DNA from: Vicugna vicugna
Taxonomy: Eukaryota
Assembly: GCA_013265495.1 (NCBI GenBank)
Contig: MU061579.1
Location: forward strand, 5,578,963 to 5,642,962
Direction of reading: 5' to 3'
DNA: 64,000 bases
Numbering within the stretch: position 1 is the stretch's first letter; each line of letters begins with the position of its first letter. Both the position numbers and the translations under genes were made by a program. This document shows positions 52,701 through 64,000 of this stretch, piece by piece. Under the pieces are notes generated by a model. The model had not been told where the DNA came from. It did no database searches and saw nothing but the letters and a program-made list of their open reading frames with translations.

Positions 52701-54954
52701 CTATTAATTATTCTGAGAGTTTCAGGAATAAATAAATTCATTGTGAGCATGTCTTCCTTCAAACAAAAGTAAGGCATATCATGTCCCTCCTCATTCGTGG
52801 GATTAAACCATATACATACATTTTCTAGTAATAAATGTCTTCTTCAAAGTTTGCTCATAATATAAACTTTAACATTCCAAATTTCTCTTATCCCATAAAT
52901 TTCATTTGAGAATGAAAGTTTGTGGAAGAAGCATTTAGAAAGTAGTCATATATTATAGCAAATACTGAAATGCAGTTTTTCAACAGTGCTATATTTACAG
53001 ATACGGCCACCCACTCAAATATGCGTGCAATAACCAATAACTGAGTGTTTGCTGTATCCTGGAAAAAGACTCAGGATGCACAAGGGTCAACAGAGGACAG
53101 AAGAGGTTATGGTCCCTGCTTGTATGAGGATTGCAATTCAGTGTAATCATCAAATAATCCTAAAAAGAAAAAAGAAATCAATCAATTCATTGGTAAAACT
53201 GTCAGATTGGAAAGGTAAACAGCACTAAGAGAAGCTAAAAGCGAATATGAAAATTTGTGGTTGGAAGCCTGATTCAGACGCTCCACATTTTATCTTCTCA
53301 CTGTTTTGAATAGTCTACACTGTGTTGCTTGATTCATGATCTTAGCAGGACCTGTTTTCCAATCTGACATACTAGTTTGCTTTAAAATGACAAAATATTT
53401 ATACATGCATTGTCTCATAAGTATCGCCCCTGTACTAAGAATTTCTGCATCATCGCTGTGGAGCAATGAGAAAAATGTGTGGGTATAAGGACTGTACATT
53501 TTAGACCACTTATAATTGCTCACATTATATCCCTTTAGACCCATACCTTGAACTCCAAAAGGCACCAAAAATTGTTTTTTGACATTAAAAATATATTCAA
53601 ATGCAGTTTATAAACCTAATGGAAATGAGTTAGAATAGGATTTAGTAAGACAGAAATAATAAATTATTTACACTCTAGAATCATACCTCTTAGAACCCTG
53701 AAACCACCCCTACGTGACTCACAGGATCCTGAAAAATGCATTTCTGCCAACTAATATAGATTTAAACTAGTTCATCATTTTGCTTACATTACATGTTTTA
53801 GTGCTTCTCTCTATACTGTTATCAGAAAAATTTGAAAATCATTTTTGTAAATTGCTATTGTTTTGACTTTGTGATTAAAAACTGGAATTAAATAAATGCT
53901 TCATTATTTGATAATCATATGGAATATTTTAACTTTCCTTTGAAAGATGGATTAAATACTTAATAAAGTTAGAGTATTATAGTGAGAATATAGTGAATGA
54001 CAAATGCTCAGTGTATAACAGAAAAAAATTTGGTAGTTTTAAATGTAATTTTTATTTTCCAAAAACCTAAAAATGTAATTTAATAATTTAGTACATAATT
54101 TAAGTCCTAGAAATTAGAACACTCAGAGATATGAAATCAGATCTTAATATTGTCTTCACAAGTTCCTATCCACATAGAACTTAAATATTTGCTACTTTTT
54201 ATTCATCTATAACGTATAAACCAAGTATATTTTCTAGAAACACAGGTTAAATATGTTTATGGAACAAAATATTGAGTATTAATAAGTATGGCAAATTACA
54301 GGTTAATATTTTCACTTGTTTTGTGTAACTTTTTATATTTTATTTTAATGCAAAGTGTAAAAGATTTTAGATACTGGAAAATAACTTTAGTTAATGTAAT
54401 TGATTTCATCACTTAAGACTCACTTTGAAAAAATATGTCTGAATTAATGAAAATTACTTATTTATAATGTCTATAAATGTATACAATATTTTTGGAAAAT
54501 AAATATATATCAAAAACTCTTATGCTATTTATAACTCTACATTATAACTCTACATTATATACACTTATAGAGGTAAAACAATGTTTGAACATGCTTGTTC
54601 CACCAAAGCCTTGTTAAAAGAATTGGATAAATTGATATGAAATATCATATTTAATTTTCATTTCCTTTAACACACTTTAATATTTGATACCCTTAGTATC
54701 TATTCTCTGAATTTTGAATTTTCTACTAGTGTTTCACAGGTATTTATGGTGTATTATATGTGTTATGATAACTAGAATTATATATAGTATACTTAATACT
54801 TCAAAATTAAACATATCAATATATTTTAATAATTACAGGTCTTAATTACTGACATAGTCTATATTTAGTTATTGTTATGCTTGAATTTTAACAAAAATGC
54901 ATCTGCATACATGATTTATAATATGAACATATGTTTGTTATGCTTGTCATATCA

Positions 54955-55107
54955 TTTGTAAACTTATCTTTTAGTTTTTTTGGGGGGAGGGAGGAGGTAA
55001 CTAGGCTTATTTATTTATTTATTTTTAGAGGAGTGACTGGAGATGAACCCAGGGCCTCCTGCATGCTAAGCATGCACTCTACCATTTGAGCTGCTCGCTC
55101 CCCCTCA
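54955..55107 (-). mobile_element. tRNA-derived SINE, Vic-1-like, with perfect 15-bp TSD
   Basis: Minus strand gggggagcgagcagctcaaatggtagagtgcatgcttagcatgcaggaggccctgggttca. TSD atgcttgtcatatca at 54940-54954 and 55108-55122. Confidence 0.9.
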
Positions 55108-55554
55108 ATGCTTGTCATATCACTGGTAATGTGTACTCTTGTATCATACTTAGCATGTGTAATTTCGAATATGAGAAATGTTAAAATTTAAGTATTCCCA
55201 GATCATGATAAAATCTTAATAATGGTTTGTATTTTTGCAATATCTTCCAGCTTAAATTTTGATTAGAATTATATGATTTTATAATATAGTTAGAATCAAC
55301 ACAACTAATGAAATTGGCATCCTGTATCTCTCAAGTGCAAAATAAACAGAGACAACTTCAAAGCTTAAGAAGAAAGAATATAATATTATTATTTAAATGA
55401 AAGCTTTATATTGTTTATTTACAAATACAGAACTAAAATCATCATCAGAATCTTTAGGAATATTAATGTTCTATCCAGAAGCACTTCCATATAATCAAAG
55501 ATTTATCTTTTAAATGAAGATGAGCTAATATTTATAACGTGCCATGAGAACCCA

Positions 55555-56240
55555 TTTTTTAAGCTTCATTGCAGTATAATTGATATGCACAAAATTGCAT
55601 ACATTTAATGCATACATTTTGATGAGTGTGGCCATGTGCAGACACCCATGATACCATCCCTGCAATCAAAATACTAAACATATCTATCACCTTCAAAAAT
55701 TTCCTTGTGTGGTTTGCCTGTTTTTTTGTCTCTGTGTTAAAAACACAACATGAGATCTAACCTTTTAATGTACTTTGAAGTGCACAGTGCAGTGCTGTGC
55801 ACAATGCAGTGCTGTGAACTGTCAGCACTATGTCGTACAGCAGATCTCTAGAGCTCATTCATCTTGTAGAACAGAAACTTCATACCCTCTGAGCAATGAT
55901 TACCCGCTCCCTCCTCACCTCAACCCCGGCATCCTCCATTCTACTCTTTGCTTCTGTGAGTGTGACTATTTTGATACCTTGTATAAGTGCAATTGTGCAG
56001 TGTTTGTCCTTCTGTGACCAGCTTATTTGACTTAGCATGACCTCTGGGTTCGTCTATGTTGTCACAAATGGCAGAATTACCTCCTTTTTTAAGGTTGAAT
56101 AATATTCTATTGTATGTATACACCACATCTTTAACCATTCTTTTGGCAATAGACATTAGGGTTGTTTCCACATCTATGCTATCATGATAATGCTGCAACA
56201 AACATGGGTGCATATGTCTCTTTGAGCTCCTGATTTCAAA
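55555..56240 (-). mobile_element. Older L1 (L1MA/MB-type) 3' end
   Basis: gtacagcagatctctagagctcattcatcttg...ccattctactctttgcttctgtgag...ttgtcacaaatggcagaatt...gacattagggttgtttccacatct. Confidence 0.88.
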
Positions 56241-58398
56241 AACAAACAGAAGCAACTGATAACCTTTAGGAAAAGTCCTAAATCTATTAAAACTTTTTAA
56301 AAGGACTTCTGAGCCATCTTTATTTGAAGACGCTTTTATTGTTACCATTTTTAGGAAACACATGTTTGTATCTTCCAGGAATGTTGGTGAAATTTTCCTC
56401 ATGTTTAGAATTTTTGGAATAATTCTAGTATGTTAGCACAAAAACTAATTTTTCTGATTGCTCCATGTTTCATATCAGTGATTATCTGATTTTCTTATTT
56501 CACATGTAAACACATAATGGCATTAAATGGCAGTAAAACATCATAGTTTTGGCAAGGCTTTGACTTTGCAAACTTCCTTTAGTTAACAGTTTAGGCCATT
56601 GTTCATGTAAATGTACATCAAATCAATAGAAAGGCTTTTGGTATTATTTGCTTGTTAAGTATATTTTTTTAAATTATGTGGCATACAATTTTCTTCTCCA
56701 GAAAGTTAAAAAAATGAGGAAAGTGCAAATGATCGAAGGATTCATAGATTAAGTAGGCCAAGAGTAAACAGGGGATAGTGGAGACTACGACATTCTGGGA
56801 CGTGCAGGCTTGTTTCATCTAAAGGGAAGAATCACCTCTGAATTCCACTGAACTGTTGTCATGTGGGAATGTGGTACCACTGCTGACAGTTATTCTGAAT
56901 TCAAAGAATGAAGCAGGAATAAAGAACAAATTGGTAGCACAGAAAATAGAATCAGTGATGTGGAGGGTCTACTTGAAAACAATGCCTCAGAATGCAGAGA
57001 CAAAAGGCAAAATTATGGAGGAAAAGACAGAGGCCATGCAATATATGGGATTGGCCAGCTATATCTCACATGGGGAAAATTAGGGTGTAAAATATTTTCA
57101 TTGAGATAACACAGATTAAGACAGAAAATCATATCTGAAGGGAAGGACAATTTATTTTCTATAAAAGTTAAAAGAAAAATCTTCCTAGAGCCTAGGCATA
57201 AAAAATTTGCTGTCAAGAAAAATCAATCAATAGACTCAGTCCATGATCAAATTGTTAGAAGACAATGGAATAAGATGTGCAAAGGTAAACATCATATAAA
57301 CATGAGAAGTTAATCACATGCCCACACTTGCAGCACGAGGACACACTCCTTCACGGTCTCCGGGCCCCCGGTTTTTGCTGTGAGGGCTGAACTCCCAAGT
57401 CAGGCCTCCTTCCGTCTCCTTTTTGAGGCCATTCTAATGAGGTGTCTCTTCAAGGAAGCCTGAAAAACAAAACAAAACAAAACCCTGAGTGAAACAAAGC
57501 TTTGGCTTTCTATTGGGTAAGAATATAGCAGAAATCCTGACAGCAGCTACAGCAAATATAAATTAATTTTTGTTGTAGTGCCTTTGATTAAATATTAATT
57601 TAAATAGTATACATATATAGTCCAAAGCTTTGGCTCAATATAGCTGTTGGAAGACTTTCTACTCTCCTCTTTTTTCTTTTTTTTCAGTTGTCTCCTATGT
57701 TATAGTGCCCTGAATAGTGAGAAACTAATACAAATGTAATTCTCTAAAAATAGAAATTTCATAAAGTTTCAATTTTCAAGCCTTTATTATTTGGGCTAGT
57801 CATTATGGCTTAGGAGAACTATTTTTTCCAATTTATGGTGTTCTATTTCTCTCTCTCTCTCATCTTTTTAATGTCTGACTCTGAAATACATCCTAATAAT
57901 TTGTGCAGATGTATATACACATGTGTAAACATATATGGCCCATTTGCATATATTACTATGAATTTCCATCATCCTTTTAGACAAATAAATACTTACAGGT
58001 AAAAAACTGAAATACTATTCAAACAAATAGAATCTGAGTGTAATTAAATGGATTTATTTGTGTGCATACATATGCTTTGAAATACGTGAAATAAAATACT
58101 ACATATATATTTTGTGGTTTTGAAAGTCAACCTGCTTTAAGCTATCTATAAAATAACATAGATGTTCACTCTATATTTTTTACATTGAAACGTAACTATC
58201 ACACTTCAAATTTGTGGTGACCAATAGATGCACCCAATTACATGTCTTTGAATGAAAAGAAATACTCATGAGGCATTCCAGGATACAAAGTCGTAACAGT
58301 ACAGAAGTTCGAGGATATGATTAGACAGTTTTTTAAATTTTAAGAAGGATAGTGTCAAGTAAAGTGGCTGCTCAAAGCGAGGAAATACAGGTTGCTGA

Positions 58399-59040
58399 CT
58401 GTGTTAGTTTCCTAGAGCACTCATAAAAATAAATTACCTCTAAATAAGTGGCTTAAACAAATACAAATATATTCTCTCACTGTTCGGGAGACTGGAAGTG
58501 TGAAGTCAAAGTATCAGTAGTGCTAGACTCCCCATGAAGGCTTCAGGGAAGAATCTTTCATAGCTGTTTCTAGCTTCTGGTGGCCCCCTGGAATACTTGA
58601 CATTCCAAGACTAGTAGCTACATCACTTCAATCTCTTCTTCCGTCTTCACATGGCATACTCTGTGTCCCCTCTCCTTTCCTATAGGGACATCAGTCATTG
58701 AATTTAGAACCATCTAATCTAGTATCGCCTCACCTAAACTGATTACATCTGCAAAGACCCTGTTTTCTTTTAACATTTTTTATTGATTTATAATCATTTT
58801 ACAATGTTGTGTCAAATTCCAGTGTTCAGCACAATTTTTCAGTCATTCATGGACATATACACACTCATTGTCACATTTTTTTCTCTGTGATTTATCATAA
58901 CATTTTGTGTATATTTCCCTGTGCTATACAGTGTAATCTTGTTTATCTAAGACCCTGTTTTCAAATAAAGTCACATTCACAGGTACCAGAAATTAGGACT
59001 CAAACATATCTTTGAGGGCACACAATTCAACCAGCTACAC
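58399..59040 (-). mobile_element. MLT1C-type (MaLR) solo LTR, interrupted by a young L1 tail
   Basis: tgtgttagtttcctag...gtggcttaaacaa...ttctagcttctggtggcccc...gattacatctgcaaagaccctgttttc[L1]aaataaagtcacattcacagg...acaattcaacc. Confidence 0.88.
58768..58948 (-). mobile_element. Young 5'-truncated L1 3' tail (181 bp) with perfect 14-bp TSD
   Basis: TSD aagaccctgttttc at 58754-58767 and 58949-58962; ttttacaatgttgtgtcaaattccagtgt...ccctgtgctatacag is related to the other lineage-specific L1 tails in the window. Confidence 0.92.
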
Positions 59041-59789
59041 TAATATCTAGACTTCTAAAAGAGATCAAAGTTCCCTCAAGGTAAGACTTAGAATTGCTTT
59101 GTACCCCAATATCAGAGTCTTAGAGCTACATCACTGAGCCAACTTCTGCAATTATTCAGAAGCCGGTCTTCAGAAGGAAAGGAAGTCAAAATTTTCTCCT
59201 CTCTACATCAGAAGTTTTAGACATCCAAAGTACTCAGTTCAGCGCAGGTAATAGTAAAAGTGAATCTCTGTGGAGTGGGCTGGCAGATTTCAGACTGGAT
59301 TAAAAGTAAACCAGTCAGTTGTGGCAAAGGCAGAAAGACAGTTCAAAGGAATGACATCAGGAAATGTAATAAAAAATATATATTTCTAGTAACACATTGA
59401 AAATACATTTTTCAAATCAATCAGAAAAATTACTTTATGTTTCAAGAGAGTAGACAACTGGAGGAAAATATCCTGCCTCAGTTAAGCAGAATGATCCTTT
59501 CTGAACACCTGCTTGACACTACAGATTTCATTATTTGTCTGAGTTAAATGCTGTCCCTTCCAAAGTAAGAGCTGATAAAACTATCATAGAAGAAACGAGA
59601 TAATCAGTGATGTGGAAACACCCACACTCTGATAATTGGCAAACAATAATCTTGAAGATGTTTCTTCTTCCAAGAGATGTATTTCTTTTAAAATATATGG
59701 ATGTGTTATATAAAATATGTCAGTGCAAGATCACTGATCTAAAAAGGCAGGAAAAAAAGATCAATACAGAGTTGTCAAATGTGGAGTTT

Positions 59790-60035
59790 AATGCCTAATG
59801 ACATGAGTTTTAGAACCAGAGAAACCTCTATATCTTGGCTTTAGCACATAGGACGTGTGTAACTTTGGATAAGAAATTACCTGATCATTATAAGCCTCAT
59901 TTTTGTCATATGCACACTTGAACAGTAATACAAATGTTGTGGTTGTAAGAAAATAGTTAATGTGTGTACATGTGTATGTTTACATCATAGCCTAAAAGCT
60001 TAGCAAAAATGAAAGTTCAGCAGTTGTTATTTTTG
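59790..60035 (+). mobile_element. MIR SINE
   Basis: catgagttttagaaccagagaaacct...gtgtgtaactttggataag...taagcctcatttttgtcatatgc. Confidence 0.6.
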
Positions 60036-61277
60036 CATTCATATTTTATGTCTATGAGAAATGTTTTCTAAAGGAAAGAGGAGGATTTTAATTTTGTCTC
60101 ATATAGAAAATGTCTCTAAAGGACCCGAAAGCTGTGATGAAAATGAAGTGGATCTGTGTGCAAGGAATGCAGACAAAATGAAAATTCAAACCTCAAATTA
60201 AATGTACAGCACAGGTAGAGCACAATTGTCAATGCTAAAAATAAAATTTAATACGTGAAAGGCAAAAATAAGTAATGCAGAGGAAAAGGTCACAGAGATA
60301 CAAATAATGCTAGGCGTGGGAAGATTGCTGTAGTAAAGCATAATCCATACCCCTATTTTACAAAGAAGGAAATGAAATTCAGAAATACTGTGTGACTTTC
60401 CCAAGGTCACCAACAACTGGCAGCTGAAGAAGCTGTTTCACAGCCAAAGGTAATTGCTGGGTGCTATCCCAGACTATGATAGCTCATTGAGTAGACAGTA
60501 TTTCTGAACGTTAACCATTAAATATGAACATTTCATTAAACATGACATTTGAGATTAAATCATTTCATGTGTTAAACAGCATTTATTTCGAAATATTTGC
60601 ACAACATTTCCATTCTTCGTTTTATTAATGTTTAAGCCAGTTTCCCTATTGTTATCCCCTTAAAGGAAGTTCCGTAAACCATTCTTATCAATTCATATTC
60701 ATAAATTTTTGTTTCTTGATATATTTCTGTATGACTTTATGGTATCACCTGGGACAACAAAAGATGATTAAAGCATGGTCATTTTATAATCAGATTAGAC
60801 ATCGATCATGTATTTGAAAGCCTTCGTATACAAAAATGCCTCTTTCCTATAATTCTCTCCATTTAGAAGATACTAATATAATTGAGAAATGGTCTGAAAC
60901 TAATATATGGTACTGCTATTTCATATGAATGCAATAATCTTTTGATATCTAAGGTTACTATGGCAAAATTATGTTGTGTTGACTAGAAAGCTATTAGTAA
61001 CGACTGATGAAGTATTGCTCACTTATTGAAGAGTAATTGAAAATATAAGAGTAAATTTTCTGATGAAGTGATAAATGTTATATATACTGCATTTTTAAAC
61101 TAAAATTAATCTCTCAGTTCTAAGCAAGGAGTATTCCAGAGATCATTCTTTTTCCTATGAAAAATGTTTACAAAAATGTCTTTGGACTTGGGTATTTTTG
61201 CATGGTAAACCAGTAAAGAAAGTGATTTGGCAGAAATCTAGCTGCTTTTTCCCCAAAGAAAAAGAAATAGTCATTAA

Positions 61278-62510
61278 TTTATCATTCTACAAATGCATTA
61301 TATTTTTTACACATTTGGCAAGCACTGTTTTAGGAACTGAATTACAGGGAGAATGACAGCAGACAAGATCTCTCTCTCCGCATTGTTACAGAGATGGAAA
61401 TTGGACAATAAACTAATAATTGGATAAGGTAATTGAAGTTACTGGTAAGGACAGTAAGAAAATAAATAATGTAATATGTCAGACAGTAAATATCTGAGGT
61501 CTAAGATTCTTTAGCTTGGTCTTAAAAGGCATTTTTTTTTAAGGCAATCTATGATCAAAAGCCTAAATAATGAGATAAAGCCAGTTGTGAGAACACTTGG
61601 GGCCAGAGTGTCCTAGCTGAGGAAAGACCTTGAAGAAGGCAGGAGCTTGGCTAGAGTGATGTGGACATTGCTATGAACAAGCGGACTATGGGACCTGGGA
61701 TCACAGAGGCCAACAGGAACCAGGCTGAGCAAGCCTCTACGAACCTAAAAAAAGAATTTTTCTTTAATTGGAGTATAGTCAGTTTACAATATTGTATCAA
61801 TTCCTGGTGTACAACATAATGTTCCAGTCATACATATGCATACATATATTCCTTATCATATTCTTTTTCATTATAACTTACTATGAGATATTGAATATAG
61901 TTCCCTGTGCTATACAGGAGAAACTTGTTCACCTATTTTATATATAGTAGTTAGTATCTGCTAATCTTGAACTCCCAATTTATCCCTTCCTACTCCTTTC
62001 CCCTCTAGTAACTATAAGTTTGTTCTCTATGTATATGAGTCTGATAAAGAAGTTAGATTCATATTTTAAGTATGATGGGAAGATAGTGGATGATGTTGAA
62101 ATAGAGGATAACATGATCTGCTTTACTATTTTTAATAAAGTTACTCTAGATGCTAAATAGGTGATGTACTAAGACAAGAATAGAAGCAAGGAGATCTTTT
62201 GGGATGGTTTTCAGTACTTCAGCTGAGAGATGATGGTTTGGAATTATTTGAGAGGATGGAGAGAAGTGGTTGGATTTAGAATATATTTTGACAGTACAGA
62301 CAATAAGACTTGCTATAGTCGAGATGTCAGGAGAAAAACAATGGATTCAAGGATGGTTCCCTGGGTTTACCTTGAGCATCTAGGAACACAGGAGTGGCAT
62401 ATATGGAGTTGGGGAAATGGGGAAAGGAAGAGCTTTGAGGATGAATGTGAGAATATATCAAGAATTTGGTTTCTGACATCTAAATGTATTGCTATCTATT
62501 AGATGTTTAA
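61278..62510 (-). mobile_element. L2 fragment interrupted by an L1 tail
   Basis: tcattctacaaatgcatt...ggcaagcactgttttagg; later gatgatggtttggaatta...gagaagtggttggatttagaatatattttgacagtacag, typical antisense L2. Confidence 0.75.
61757..62043 (-). mobile_element. 5'-truncated lineage-specific L1 3' tail
   Basis: ttaattggagtatagtcagtttacaat...gaatatagttccctgtgctatacag...ttctctatgtatatgagtctg; homologous to 38230-38640 and 44539-44840. Confidence 0.92.
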
Positions 62511-63594
62511 GTCCACTTATGCCAAGTCTCTGTAATTATGGAAATGAGGAACCACAACTGAAGAAACAGAAATCTCAAACTCTAATAGCAAAGACTATTT
62601 GATTATTACAGCTGTAACTCTCAGTAATTGACTATTTAAGAATGGTTAGATTGGCCTCAACAAAATTAGTCTATCTAACAATAATTCATTAATTATGACA
62701 TCTATATGTACTGTACATTTTAAATACCATTGTAATATTCCTAAAGCACCAAAATAATTCATAAAATATTTATCTGCCCTATATGAAGCTTTAAATATAT
62801 TGGTATTATTATATAGATGGGACCTCCTTTGTTCTCAAGGCAGTAAGAACACCAAGCTGATAGTCATATTAAATACACTATATATGATTAAGAATCAGAT
62901 AATATAAATATGTCATTTTATAATAATTTATATTTTTCCAAATACTTTTATTCCCTTAATAGCCCTAAGAAGTGAAGGCTAGTATTATTCTCATTCTTAA
63001 CATGATAACAGGTCTATGATGTTGACAGGTGCTGTTTTGTAGCCTGGTGAGTAAGGAGCCAATCCCTCCTGATTTCATCAGGGTGTAGACCTGTCTAGGC
63101 AGCTGATCTTCCCATGGATCCTGTGTGTTCTTTAGACTTAACATTTCAATGTTCTATGAATGTTTAGTCTGTATTAAAAAGGAATCTGAATAAATCATCT
63201 TAATTAAGTTCTTCAGCTACTACAAAAAACTCCAAAATTTTAGAGTTTTTTTATATAAAAATATTTGATATTTAATTTTACAAATATAAAAAATAAGTAA
63301 TATTAAATATTTAACTAAGCATATTCACCCTTAAATTAAAATTCCCCCCGAAATCTAAGTACCAATAAACCTATAAAACAAATGCCAAATCAAATGCAAA
63401 TATCACCCCAGTCCATTGCTAAACAACAGAAGGTGTTTTTATAAACTTGTATATATGTACGTGTATATAATGTAAATTGCATTATAATTTGTGATCTCTG
63501 AATCTGAATCACAATTTTAATTCCTTTTAAATTCAAAACAGTTGGTTTTAATTTTAAAATAGAAAACAGAATATTTCAAATATAGTTATGATAT

Positions 63595-64000
63595 TTTGGT
63601 AGAGTACAAAAGTGGCCAAAAATTCTTATGTTTCACATATTATCACAAGTGAAATGAAACTTTATAGTGCCTCTTGTTAAAATGTGAAGACTTTCCCTAC
63701 CCCTTGAATTGGATAAGGTTTTGTCATTTGCTTTGACCAATGGAAAGTAGCCATTTTGACACAGGCAAAAACCTTAAAAGTCTGAGGACTTTGAGGCCTG
63801 CCCTCTTACTAGCTTCTTGAATCCATCTGCCATGTGACAAGTCCAGGCTAGCCTGCTGGATGATTAGTACCACCATTGTTCCAGACAAAATCCATCAAAT
63901 ATAAAACATGTGAATGAGGCCATTCAGGGCAAAGCCAGTCTGTAGCTAACCCAAGTCTGTAGGGAGCCCAGGAGTGAACCCAGGGGAAATCAGCTGAACT
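63595..64000 (+). mobile_element. MLT1F/G/H-type (MaLR) LTR, running off the window end
   Basis: ttgctttgaccaatggaa...gccatgtgacaagtccaggctagcctgctggatga...catgtgaatgaggccat. Confidence 0.75.

Noticed and set aside
55941..56402. 153-aa ORF, the longest in the track
   Set aside because: It lies mostly within a decayed L1 3' end, is read off-frame and has no recognisable protein content.
10380..62043. Minus-strand excess of L1s and SINEs as evidence for a plus-strand host gene
   Set aside because: There are too few elements to be significant, two L1s are on the plus strand, and no confirmed exon supports a host gene.
1..64000. Prokaryote-type systems (CRISPR arrays, operons, defence islands) or another novel multi-gene system
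   Set aside because: The sequence is mammalian and repeat-rich, no listed ORF exceeds 153 aa, and there is no repeat-spacer array.

Overview
AT-rich, CpG-depleted, repeat-rich mammalian nuclear DNA, not prokaryotic. Three tRNA-derived SINEs resemble the camelid Vic-1 family, so the source is probably a camelid (inference). I find no intact protein-coding gene; nearly all ORFs in the track are chance ORFs or decayed L1/pseudogene fragments. The clearest gene-derived feature is a full-length, disabled processed EEF1A1 pseudogene (about 42816-46332, +). It starts at the 5'-TOP cap site, was later split by an L1 insertion with a perfect 16-bp TSD, and appears to carry about 0.55 kb of sequence beyond the main EEF1A1 poly(A) site. 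The rest is L1, L2, MIR, MaLR/ERVL/ERV1 solo LTRs, MER5-type DNA transposons and microsatellites. Structures worth checking include a young CpG-rich solo LTR (21542-21967), two twin-primed (5'-inverted) L1 insertions, an L1 with two large internal deletions, a nested tandem duplication (2073-2858) and a few weak candidate exons. I see no convincing evidence of a novel biological system. Repeat family names are from recalled consensus sequences, not a database search, and old-repeat boundaries are approximate.
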